Shown: in pieces, positions 1 through 12,100 of the stretch
How positions within the stretch are numbered: the stretch's first letter is position 1
How the letters are laid out: the number at the start of each line of letters is the position of its first letter
Source of the DNA: Vicugna vicugna
Lineage: Eukaryota
Direction of reading: 5' to 3'
DNA: 64,000 nt
NCBI GenBank assembly: GCA_013265495.1
Contig: MU058365.1
Location: forward strand, 62,001-126,000
The notes under the pieces: generated by a model
Told to the model about the DNA's origin: nothing
Database searches by the model: none
The model's input: the letters and a program-made list of their open reading frames with translations, nothing else
Made by a program: the position numbers and the translations under genes

Positions 1-1259
1 TAAACATTAGTTTTCTAATTAAAAAATAGAAACTAACAATGTAATGTTCTTAGTATATCATCTCATAGATAACAGCGTTAATAGTCATTTTTATTATACT
101 CACATTGTACTGTACTTGCTGGTAAACTTGTCTGATTTTTCCTCTAAACTGAACACTTCTTGAGGAAAGGAACATGTATTTTATTTCTGTATAAGTAGCA
201 TTTAGCATCAGTGCTTGGCATATGGTAGATACTTAATGTTTTTTGATGACTAAATAAACATTGCTCTCATTACAGTGAAATTAATTTGCCACTTGAAATC
301 CTTCTGTAGTAAGGTGGAAAACAAGTAAACAAGAAAATAAACTCCATTAACAACAGTTTCAAAAAAGGATACTGTCTTTAATTCTAATCATACTGTTTTT
401 AGGATTTACTGTTAATTATATATACTATGAAATACCAAATGATTCAGTATCTTGCTTGAACATAGCTGATCATATATGGTTCATGAACTGAATACCTATA
501 ATAATTTTTTCATGGCATATATTAGCCACAAAATTAGCAAGCCACGTATAAGGCTAGATAGACAGCCATTTAGAAAAGTAAACAGCTTTCTAAAATCAAG
601 GAAACTTTTAATTAAAATCTCTTTCATATAGTTTTGGGGGAAATGAGAAAAAATTCAGTTTCATGCTTTAGTAATTTTGACCTATGTAGGAAAATAAAAA
701 TTACTATTCACTTAATGCAATATTTAATGAATTTTTCCATCGTAATGTTTAATTAGTTGGTTTGAGTATTTGTATGGCCTCATTCTGAGAGAATGTTTCT
801 ATTTTATATTTTTCAATATATTTTTACAGACCTACACTAGAAGCTGATATCACTCACCCTATTTCTTCCTCCTCTCCTTGATAGTCAAGGATAGTTTAAC
901 TTTAATATTCTGTATATGTTGAACATAAACTAGGTATTTTATACATAAAATGAAATTCTGACTCCAAAGGACAAGCTTTACTTTGAGACATTTTGCAGGG
1001 TATGATGCAAAGGAATAATGATTTTACAATGATAATGATTCCAAAAGTGTTACAGCATATGGACCTCAATGATGGGAATACACTTCTAGAATAAAGTGAT
1101 CAGTGCCTTATGTTAATTTATAATCCACTGCTTATTAATGATCAGTATATATTTTACTGGCTTCAAAAATATCACATACTGAATATGTGACTAATATAGA
1201 CTACAAACTAATTGAGCAAAAATATTTCTCTTTTCTTTATACTTAGTTTAAAAGAATTT

Positions 1260-1470
1260 TGGTGGAGTTTGAGATTTGCAAATGTTACCTGCTATATATA
1301 AAAATAGATTTTAAGAAGTTTCTTTTGGGGAACATATTCAATATCTTATAATAACCTTTAATGAAAAAGAATATGAAAACAAATATATGTATGTATATTC
1401 GTGACTGGGACATTGTGCTGTACACCAGAAACTGACACATTGTAACTGACTTTACTTTAATTAAAAAAAA
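1260..1470 (+). mobile_element. L1 3'-UTR terminal fragment
   Basis: Ends tgtgctgtacaccagaaactgacacattgtaactgac plus an A tail. Related fragments at ~1890-1965, 9005-9240, 19688-19820, 36010-36335, 40120-40375, 46685-46875 (-) and 47700-47840. Confidence 0.75.
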
Positions 1471-2344
1471 TTTTTTTTGGATTTCCTTCCAAAACGGACA
1501 CTATGTTGAGTAGATGACTATTATATTAGGCATTGAAACTGTATAAAAAATAGGTGGCTTTGGCTACTTCAACAATTTATATTGAAATTGAAAATTCAAA
1601 ATATTTTGCAGGATTAGTCAAATGCAAAATGGAAAAACAAAAATCTCCAGGCACCTTAGTGAGTGAATAATGATGTTTATTTGCCATTATTGTGAACTAT
1701 ACACCAAGTTGTCAACTTTTTTCAGTCTATTATTTTAAGCATTTCTGGATTACTAACTGTGTTTTTAATAAGCAGCATGAATTGTTAATCTTTTCATTAG
1801 AGGTAAGAGCTTAGAAAACTATTTGGTGCAAAAACTTTATCATGTTCTCTATTTATAGGAGTTTATGAAGATAAAATAAAAATCCTACATATATGTATAA
1901 TTGAATCACTGTGCTATACACCAGAAATTAACACATTATAAACCAACTATATTTCAATTGAAAAAGAAAAATCCAACCATCCTCTCTCCCTCAAAAGGTA
2001 GATTAGTTATAGTTAGCCAGGAAAGTGGATGTTCCATGAGGAAGAAACAGTATCTACAAAATCAGAGAGACAAGAAATAACATGTTATCTTTAGAGAATT
2101 GGAATTAATTCAATTATGTCAGTAAACCTAGTGAGCCTAGATTAGAAGGAAAAGAGACTAATGGCAGGCAAATTAGTTGGGAGGCTACTAAAGTAATCAA
2201 GGTAAGAAATGGTAAGAGCCTGAACTCAGAAATGACAGTGCTCAAAATTCAAACGATTGAATTGCACCCTCACTGAAATTTTCCCCTATAGAAATGTTTG
2301 TAAAATAGCAAAAAAATCATAAAATGAACATCATAGCTATAACC

Positions 2345-2560
2345 TCTTGAGTCAGTCTACCTGACTGATGTCCTAGTGACACTGCTGATGGTGGAAATGA
2401 GTTCTTTAAACTTTCTGTGTTGTGGCCATCGTATCTACAAAATGGGCTAATAATAGAACCTAATATCGAATACTTTTTGTGAGGATCAAATGAAGTATTA
2501 AATATAAAAAAGCGCCTGAGCAAGCTCTCAATAAATGTAGTAGCAGTAACAGAAACAGGA
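2345..2560 (+). mobile_element. MIR SINE
   Basis: Degenerate MIR core: tctacaaaatgggctaataatagaacc...gtgaggatcaaatgaag...ctcaataaatgtag. Confidence 0.65.
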
Positions 2561-3230
2561 GAAGCTTATTATTACTAGTTCTACAATTATTATTTCAGTT
2601 GCAGAGGTGTAAACCTCTGCAGGTTTACACTCTAACAAAGTCTTATAGAAAGATATTATTAGAAAATATCCTGGTAAAGCACAATTAAATGCAAAGTTTT
2701 ACTTATTTGTTTTAAAAGACCGAAAATTATTTTTAGATGCACAATTAACTCTCCATATGACCTTGAAAAGCTGAAAATATTTTTGTTCCTCCGATCATGT
2801 AAGTATATTGTGAATAATAAGACAAGTCTCTAAGATATATATTAGATTATTTATAAGCTGCCTTAAACCAAGACGATATGAACTAATATATATTCAGTGT
2901 TGCCAGAAATCAAATTCCAAAACGTCACAGGTCATTCCTATTGCAAAATCAGTGACAGCCTGATTTAATGACTGTCACCTTTCATATTTATGTGATAACT
3001 TGTTAGGTTCAGTAAGAACATGTTCACAACATGATTCTTGCCCTCTAGAGTTTTAGCGCCAGAAAGAATTTTATACATCACATACCTTAAACACAATTTT
3101 ATAAATACTATATATATTTACTTTAAAAGTATAACATTTTATTTTTGTTGCTTGTTTTCATATGCAAATATGAAAACTGGCTGTAGCACAATATACTTCT
3201 CAAAAACAGGCTTATTAAAAAGCAGTTTTT

Positions 3231-6200
3231 CTGCAAAAACTGCAAACATGTGGAGGCTAAACAATATGCTACTAAACAACCAATGGATCACTGAAGAAAT
3301 CAAAGAGGAAGTAAAAAAATACTTCGAGACAAATGAAAACAAAAACATAACGATCCAAAACCTCTAGATGCAGCAAAAGCAGTTCTCAGAGGGAAGTTTA
3401 TAGTGATACAAGCTTACCTCAGGAAACAAGAAAATCTCAAGTAAACAACCTAACTTTACACCTAAAGCAGCTGGAGAAAGAAGAATAAGAAAACCCCAAA
3501 CTTAGCAGAAGAAAAAAATCATAAAGATTAGAGCAGAAATACATGAGAGAGAGATTAAAAAAACAGAAAAGATCAGTGAAACTAAAAGTTGGTTCTTTGA
3601 AAAGATAAAATTGATAAACCTTTAGTCAGACTCATCAAGACAAAAAGGGAGAGGACCCAAATTAATAAAATCAGAAATGAAAAAGAAGCTACAACTGACA
3701 TCACAGAAATATAAGGGATCATAGGAGGCTACTATGAGCAACTATACGCCAACAAAAAGGACAACATAGAAGAAACAGACAATTTCTTAGAAAGGTACAA
3801 TTTGACAAGACTAAGCCAGGAAGAAATAGACAATATGAACAGACCAATTACCAGTACTGAAATTAAATCGGGAATTAAAAACCTCCCAACAAACAGAAAG
3901 TCCAGGACCAGATAGCTTCACAGGTGTATTCTACCAAACATTTAGAGAAGAGTTAACACCTATCCTTCTGAAATTACTCCTAAAAATTGCACAGGAAGGA
4001 ACACTTCCAAACTCATTCTGTGAGGCCACTATCACCCTGATACCAAAACCAAAGATACCACGAAAAAAGAAAATTACAGGCCAATATCAGTTATGAATAT
4101 AGATGCAAAAATCCTCAACAAAATAGTAGCAAATCAACTCCAACAATGCATTAAAAGGATCATACACCGTGATCAAGTGGGATTTATCCCAGGGATGCAG
4201 GGATTTTTCAATATCCATAAATCAATCAATGTGATATACCACATAAACAAACTGAAGAATAAAAACCATATGATCTTCTCAATAGATGCAGAAAAAGCTT
4301 CTGATAAAATTCAACATCCATTTATGATTAAAAACTCTCCAGAAAGTGGGCACAGACAGAACATACCTCAACATAATAAAGGCCATTTATGACAAACCCA
4401 CAGCTAACATCATACTTAATGGGGAAAAGCTGAAAGCATTTCCTCTAAGATCAGGAACAAAACAAGGATGCCCGTTTTTGCCACTTATTCAACATAGTTT
4501 GGGACGTCCTAGTCATGGCAATCAGAGAAGAAAAAGAAATAAAAGAAATCCAAATTGTAAATGAAGAAGTAAAACTGTCACTGTTTGCAGATGACATGAT
4601 ACTATACACAGAAAACCTTAAAGAAATGACCAGAAAATTACTGGAAATCATCAATGAATTTGGCAAAGTTGCAGGATACAAAAATACAGAAATCAGCTGC
4701 ATTTCTATACACTAACAATGAAATAGCAGAGAGCAAAATTAAGGAAATGATACCATTTACCATCACACTAAAAAGGATAAACATCTAGGAATAAACCTAC
4801 CCAAGGAGGCAAAAGACCTGTACTTGGAAAACTATAAGACTCTGATGAAGGAAATGGAATATGACAGAAACAAATGGAAAGATATACTGTGTTCTTGAGA
4901 TTGGAAGAATCAATATTGTTAAAATGGCCATGCTGCCCAAGGAAATATACAGATTCAATGCAGCCCCTATCAAATTACCAATGACATTCTTCACAGAGCT
5001 GGAACAAAAAATGTTAAAATTTGTATGGAAATACAAAAAACCCCAAATAGCCAAAACAATCTTAAAAAAGAAGAACGGAGCTGGGGGAATCATACTCACT
5101 GACTTCAGATTATAACTACAAAGCTTTAGTAATTGAAACAGTATGGTACTGGCATAAAAACAGACACATAAATCAATGGAACAGGATAGAAAGTCCAGAA
5201 ATAAACCCACACACTCATGGTCAATTAATCTACAACAAAGGAGGCAAGAATATACAATGGAGAAAAGACAGTCTCTTCAGTAAGTGGTACTGGGAAAACT
5301 GGACAGCTATCTGTAAAAGACTGAATTAGAACATTCTGTAACACGGTATACAAAAATAAACTCAAAATCGATTAAAGACTTAAATGTACGGCCAGATACT
5401 ATAAAACTCCTAGAGGAAAACATAGGTAGAACACTATCGGACATAAACCACAGCAATATATTTTTTGAACTAGCTCCTGGAGTAATGGAAATAAAAAAGC
5501 AAAAGTAAACAAATGGGATCTAATTAAACTTAAAAGATTTTGCACAGCTAAGGATACCATCAACAAAATGAAAAGACAACCTACAGAATGGGAGAAAATA
5601 TTTGCAAATGATGCAACCAACAAGGGACTAATTTTCAAAATATACAAATATCTCACACATCTTACTATCAAGAAACAAGCAACTTACTCCAAAAATGGGC
5701 AAAAGACCTAAACAAGCAATTTTCCAATGAAGACAGATAAATGGCCAATAGGCACATGAGAAAATGCTCAGCATCACTAATTGTCAGAGAAATGCAGATC
5801 AAAACTGCAGTGAGGTATCACCTCATACCAGTCAGAATGGCCATCATTAAAAAGTCTACAAATGATAGATGCTGGAGAGGGTGTGGAGAAAAGGGAAACT
5901 TCCTACACTATTGATGGGAGTATAGATTGGTGTAGCCACTCTGGAGAACAGTATGGAGGTTCCTTAAAAAATTAAAAATAGATTTACCATAGGATCCAGC
6001 AATCCCACTCCTGGGCATATGCCCAGAGGAAAATGTAATTCAAAAAGGCATATGCACCCCAATGTTCATAGCAGCACTATTTACAATAGCCAAGACATGG
6101 AAACAACCCAAATGTCCATCAAAAATGACTGGATAAAGAAGATATATACAATGGAATACTACTTGGTCATAAAAAAGAATAAAATAATGCCATGTGCAAC

Positions 6201-6320
6201 AACATGGATGGACCTGGAGATCATCATTCTAAGTGAAGTAGGTCAGAAAGAGAAAGAAAAATGCCATATGATATCACTTATGTGTGGAATCTTAAAAAAA
6301 AAAAATACAAATTAACTACT
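3231..6320 (+). mobile_element. 5'-truncated LINE-1 (ORF2 RT and C-terminal region), frameshifted, relatively young
   Basis: ORF fragments read [27 protein letters not shown] and LFADDMILY (RT motif); several stops and frameshifts. Confidence 0.95.
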
Positions 6321-7328
6321 TATTATTTATAACTTAGATGATTGCTTTCTTGAATATGTGTAAGCATATTTATATGTGTAAGTTGACTGTCCTTTATGAT
6401 TGGATTACCACATTCTGTTGATTCTTATTTTGTGGCTGGCTTTATTCTTTTGATAACTATGTAAGTTTAAAAAGCTAAAGCTCTAAACTGTTCTTAGAAA
6501 CAATGACCAGTATATATGTAAACTAAAAAAAAGTGCAGTATATTGTATATATGTATTTACATGCAATAGATTGTATATGTGCACTCAAATTTTAACAATT
6601 CTACCTAATAAAACTGAAAAATAAAAAAAGTAAAGCAGCTTTTATTTTCGTTTTTGTATTTTAGATTGACAAAGTAGAAAAATGTGAATAAGAAATCACT
6701 ATATAAAAATCAAAGATCAGAGGTGGTGCCTTATGGTAGAAGTAGGTCTAGTGTTTCAAACCCATAAAAGACAAAAACTGTAATGTTTCTGTAGAAATAC
6801 TATAATTCATTATGTAATCAAGTCATCTGGGAGAAAATTATCTTTGATATTTCTAACCCAGTAGATTAGTCTTTTGGTTCTTTTTCTTTGATAACTTAAA
6901 CTAAGATAGGAAGTAATGGACTGGTTTTCCTCAAAGCTATACACCAGAAGGGAAAATCTAAAGTGAAAATGCACACAAAGAATTAATACGCTCAACCTTT
7001 TAACTAGCTCATTACTCTCTATACAGTATTATTATTATTCAAAATCATCATTGTTCACAATATTCTCAAAGAGTTCACATGAGAAACTCTTTAAAGTGCG
7101 TGAAAATATTCGTTTACAAAGTTGTGTAGTATTAATCAGTAATAAAAACTGCAAACTTTTTTCTGCAGCTGTTAACACAGACCAATAACATAAAAAAGGG
7201 AGCCAAGCTCCTCTGCCATTCAGAGCAGAGCAGAGGAAGAAAGTAATAAGAAAAAGAAGGTAATGAGGACAACCTACAAAACTCTGGAAAGGAAACGATC
7301 TAGACTGAGTAGCAAAAAAGCTGAAGAT

Positions 7329-7920
7329 CCATTCATTTATTCAACAAACATTTAATGAGTGCCTATTATGTGCCAGGACCTGTACTAGGTGCTGGATACA
7401 CAGAGGTAAATAAAACATTCTGTATCTGTTGCCCTCAGTCTGGGACAGAGACATCAAATAACTAATACCTGAATATATATAGGTATAAATTGTGATAAGT
7501 GGATATAAATAAAAAGCAAAGGATACTATAAAAACCAAAAACCAAGCCTTAATTTAGACCATAGGTAAGGAAATATCTCTATGAGGAAGAGATATTTAAG
7601 ATAAGACCTAATAGTTGAGTTGGACAGTTAGAGAGAAGAGGAAAAGTTGCTTGGGCAAAGAAAACAAAAGTACAGAGGCCCTCAGGCAGGAGAGAGCATG
7701 GCAGGTTCTGGGAACTAAATCAAGACCACTGTAATTTAAGTATAGTAACTGAGCAAGAGCAGAGGCTGAGCAAGGTGAGACCAGATGATTGCTGTATGGA
7801 AAACTGATTGAAGGGAGGGAAACCTGGAACAAGAAATAGCAGGTAAGAGTACTGCTATAGACAGCTAAGAGCTGATGGAAGCTTGGACCACACTAGTGGG
7901 AGTGGAGACAAAAAGAAATG
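7329..7920 (-). mobile_element. LINE-2 3' fragment
   Basis: Begins attcatttattcaacaaacatttaatgagtgcctattatgtgccagg, the reverse complement of the L2 3' end. Confidence 0.75.
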
Positions 7921-8059
7921 AGCGTGTATTTTTCTTTCATTTAGCTTAATTAAAAGACCTTTAAACAAAGTAATTTAAATGCTCTTCCATTTGCTTCTCT
8001 AATATAGTACAAATTATTACTAAAATGGTCAAAGATGCCCCACTCTAATCATTAAAGTC

Positions 8060-8593
8060 TGTGAATACTAATGAGATAACGAGCCCGTGATGGTGTGATG
8101 TTATATGGCAACTTGATCTTAAGACAGGGAGACTATCTTGGTGGACCCGATCCAATCACATAAGCCCTTATAAGCATAGAGTTTCCTCTGGCAGACAGCA
8201 GGAGAAGCCAGAGAGAAAACATAAGAAAGGATGAGAAAGACTTGATGTGCCATTGCTGGTTTGAAGATGGAGAGGGCCATATATCAGAAGGAATGTGGGT
8301 GGCTTCTGGGAGTGATAATCAGCCCACCCCCGCTACCTCCCACAGTCTGCAAGGAAACTGAATCCTAGACTCTGTTAACAACCTGAATGGGCTGGAAGGT
8401 AAAGTCTTCCCCTGAGCCTCCAGATAGTCCAGCCTGGCTGACACTTTGACTTCAGCCTTGACTTGAGACCTTAAGCAGAGAACTCAGCTGAACATTCCCA
8501 GACTTCTGACCTAAAGAACTGTAGGATAATAAATGGATGTTATTTTAAGCCACTAAGTTTCAGTAGCATGTTACACAGCTATATAAAACTAAT
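8060..8593 (+). mobile_element. MLT1D-like MaLR LTR
   Basis: Motifs such as cattgctggtttgaagatggag and cagacttctgacct...aataaatggatgttattttaagccactaagttt. Confidence 0.7.
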
Positions 8594-9004
8594 AGAAAAC
8601 TACCACCCCATAAACTATGTGAGGAGAAATTAATAATTCAGTAATCTAAATCATATTATTCTCTAGTCATAGAAAGAAATCTAGGAAAAACAAATTAAGC
8701 TTGCTATTTCTCCAAAGGCTAGATAAAGATGAATTTTGTGATTGGAGTGAGCACCCATATAATACGACTTTGAGATTAAATGTCAGATATATGTTATAGA
8801 ATTAAAACTTTTGTTATTAAGTCTAAACCTGTGCCATTCAATATGGTAGCCACTAGCCCCAGGTGACTACTAAATATCTTAAATTTGATATTCCAATTGA
8901 GATGTGCTTTAAGTATAAAATATACACATGATTTTAAAAATTTGGTATAAATTTAAAATTTGGTTTGTCTCAATAATATTTTAATACTGATCAAGTTTAA
9001 ATGG

Positions 9005-9237
9005 GAACATAAACACAAAACAAACAGACTCACAGACATAGAATACAAACTTGTGGTTGCCAAGGGGGAGGGGAGTGGGAAGGGACAGACTGGGAGTTCA
9101 AAATTGGTAGATACTGACGGGCATATGCAGAATAGAATAGAATATGTATGTTCATGTATAACTGAAAAACTGTGCTCTACACTGGAAATTGACACAATAT
9201 TGTAAACTGACTATAACTCAATAAAAAAAAGTTAAAA

Positions 9238-9277
<40 letters not shown>

Positions 9278-9280
9278 AAA
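9005..9280 (+). mobile_element. L1 3' end with a (TAAA)n tail
   Basis: Runs acagactcacagacatagaatacaaacttgtggttgccaaggggg...ctcaataaaaaaaag, then TAAA repeats at ~9238-9280. Confidence 0.8.
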
Positions 9281-9978
9281 TACTTTATCAACACACACAA
9301 AAAAATACAGGCCAAAAGGATACATTCCCCAAACTCCAGAATTACCTCTGGGAGAGAAGAAAAGGGAATGAGTTCATAGAAGAGAGTGACAACAAAATCT
9401 CCATATGAAATGTTTTATTTCCTTAAAATAATCTTAAACAATATGTTAATTTGTTGAAACTGGATGGTGGTTATATGGATATTGTTTTATTATTCTGTTA
9501 TTTTCTAAATGTTTATTTTAAATCATTTTATAACACCAACAATATTTTTCTCATACTTATCTGCTTAGGGAATAAACTAGTAAAATCTTGTTAGTGGACA
9601 TTTTAAAATGTACCAAAAGCCTTAAATATGTGAATATCTTTAATATAGTCCCAACACTGTATACTACATAGAAATGTACTCTAAGAAAACCAAAGGTTTG
9701 CTCAAAGGATGACCATTACAATATTCTTAAAGCAATCAAAAATTGGTTACACCTAAAATGTCCAATAGAATTGTGATTAAATTACTGTGGATTCATTTAA
9801 AAATTATATAAAATGAGAGGTGGGGTGAGATGTGTGAAGGGAGAGATGAAACAAGACTGGTCTCAAATTGATCATTGCTGAGGCTGAGTGATAAGCATGC
9901 TTTTTTTTAATATACTTTAAATTTTCTACAATAAAAAGTTTTAAAATGTGAGAATACCAAAATTTACTTAAAAAAAAT

Positions 9979-10099
9979 TGGGGGGGTAGATAATTAGGTT
10001 TATTAATTAACTTATTTATTTTAATGGAGGTACTGGGGATAGAACCCTGGACCTTGTGCATGCTAAGCATGCACTCTGCCACTGAGCTATACCCTCCCC
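9979..10099 (-). mobile_element. tRNA-derived SINE (Vic-1-like)
   Basis: Minus strand reads gggggagggtatagctcagtggcagagtgcatgcttagcatgcacaaggtccagggttctatccccagtacctcca, with A/B boxes and an A-rich tail. Confidence 0.85.
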
Positions 10100-11447
10100 C
10101 ACCCTAAGTTTTTTTTTTTTTTAAGTAGTTAAAATAGTAAGAACAATGTCTTATTTTTAACCTCTTGGCTCATTCATTAAATCAGCAAATATCTATCATG
10201 TGTTGTCTATGTGCCTGTCATTATTGACCTAGGGATGTGATGGCAAATGTGTAACTAATAATCTAATGCAAATACCTCCAAACTCTTGCTCAAGTACCCT
10301 ATCAAAAAAATTTGGAGCATCATAAATACCCCCAACAACAATGTATGTATACTCTTCTTATATATATGTGTGTATATATATGTATACACATGTAAATTCC
10401 ATACATACACATCTATGCATACACACTCACATGTGTATACAAACATACCACTCTCACCAGCAATATATCAGTATTTCTTTGAGTAAGCTCTATTCTACAT
10501 AATTTACTTAATAATTCCATTTTTCCTGATTTCTCATCAAATATAATTATATCACCCTAAAAAATCTAACATAACTAAGGATGGGAGAAGTATAGGCTCT
10601 TAAGTTTTGTTGCTTCTTACACTTGTATTACAAATATTATGTTCAACCCATGATTTCTCTGCAGGAATTTTTAAAGCCAATTGTCTATTTTGTGAGGGTT
10701 AATGTTGATAAAACCAAGAAATATAATTAATAAATCCATTTAATCAAAGTAGGTAAACTGCAATACTTCATAAAGTTCTGAAAATTGGAGGGAGGGTGCC
10801 ATCGTCAACTCTTCTAAGCTATGAAACTTGCACTTCATCAGAATACTTCATTTGCCATGCTTAAAATGAAATCAGTTGTTATACAGAACAAGCTGCCAAT
10901 CTCAATCAATGTATCAAATATTAATAGCACTTAACTTCATGATTTGTATACAAGAAAATAGATTTTAATATTTTATTCCTTCACCCCAATGGGTACACCT
11001 CATTTTGAAAACCACAAGTCTAGTAAAAGATACATAAATAGTCGTGGACAAAAAAATAATAAATTAAACAAGTGCTACAAGAGGAATAAGCACTGGGTAT
11101 TCTGTAAGAGGATATGGAAGAGACACCTAACTTACGTGTAGGGTTGGTGAAGAAAAGAAGAGATGTTAAATGAAGACCTAAAGAATGGGTAAAAGATTGG
11201 ATTGGGTGAGGTGAGGGTGGGAGAGCATGGTAGATCAAGCAGAAGGAACAGTATGTTATGTCCAAAGGTGCAGAGGTAAGAACAAACATAGCACATTCAA
11301 ACTAACATATTAATAGTCTAAAATAGCTGAAGTGCAGTTTCTAGAGATATAGAAATGGGATGGAGTAGGTGGACAGTGATTCCAGGATGTGCCTGATAAG
11401 GTTATAAAGCCTTGTCTGGGTTTTATCTGGAGGGCAATGGAGAGGTA

Positions 11448-12100
11448 TGTGATGAAGATGTAAAGAATTTGTCCTTGCTCAAAGAGAGGTCTGGCCTTTG
11501 TTCTCAGCCCCTGGGAGGTAACCTCTAAACTCCTGGAATTTCTGGAGTAATAGGAATGTCTTTGTTATACATGGTGGGCCCATTGGACCACATGGTATCA
11601 GCCTGAAGGGAGACCTGGAGACTAAGTTCAACCATGGGGGCAATCAATCAATAAGTCACAATAAAAGCCCTGGATACTGAAGCTCAGGTGAACTTCTTGG
11701 GCTGGCAATACTCCATGTGTACTGCTACACATCGATGATCCTGAGAGAGTAACACATTCCTGAGGACAATGAAAGTTTCACATTTGAAACCTAGATTGTG
11801 CCTCATGCATCCCTTTCTTTGGCTGGTTCTAATTTGTATCGTTTCCTTATACTGAATTATAATCCATTAGTATAACAGCTTTCAGTGAGTTCTGTGAGTC
11901 TTTCTAGTGAATTACCAAATCCAGATGTGGTTTTGAAAAACCCTAAACTTACAGTTGGTGTCAGAAGTGAGGATGGTCTTGTGTGGACTCTTCCCTCTAA
12001 CTTGGTAGTTGGACCCTAACTCCTTGCAGACTTCTGCCTCAGGTACAGTTGCCTGTCTGGAAGACTGTGCCTTTATAACCTCACAATTTGGCTAACTCCA
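11448..12100 (+). mobile_element. Solo LTR of the MER21/MER68/MER77 group, inserted in an L2
   Basis: TG...CA ends with a 4-bp TSD GGTA (11444-11447 / 12101-12104); motif caaagagaggtctggcctttg. Confidence 0.7.

Noticed and set aside
4093..5115. Reverse-transcriptase ORF fragments as a novel RT system
   Set aside because: Ordinary L1 ORF2 broken by frameshifts and stops.
9979..10099. tRNA-like sequences (also at 23340, 51381, 55209)
   Set aside because: They have SINE tails, TSDs and diverged stems, so they are SINEs rather than tRNA genes.
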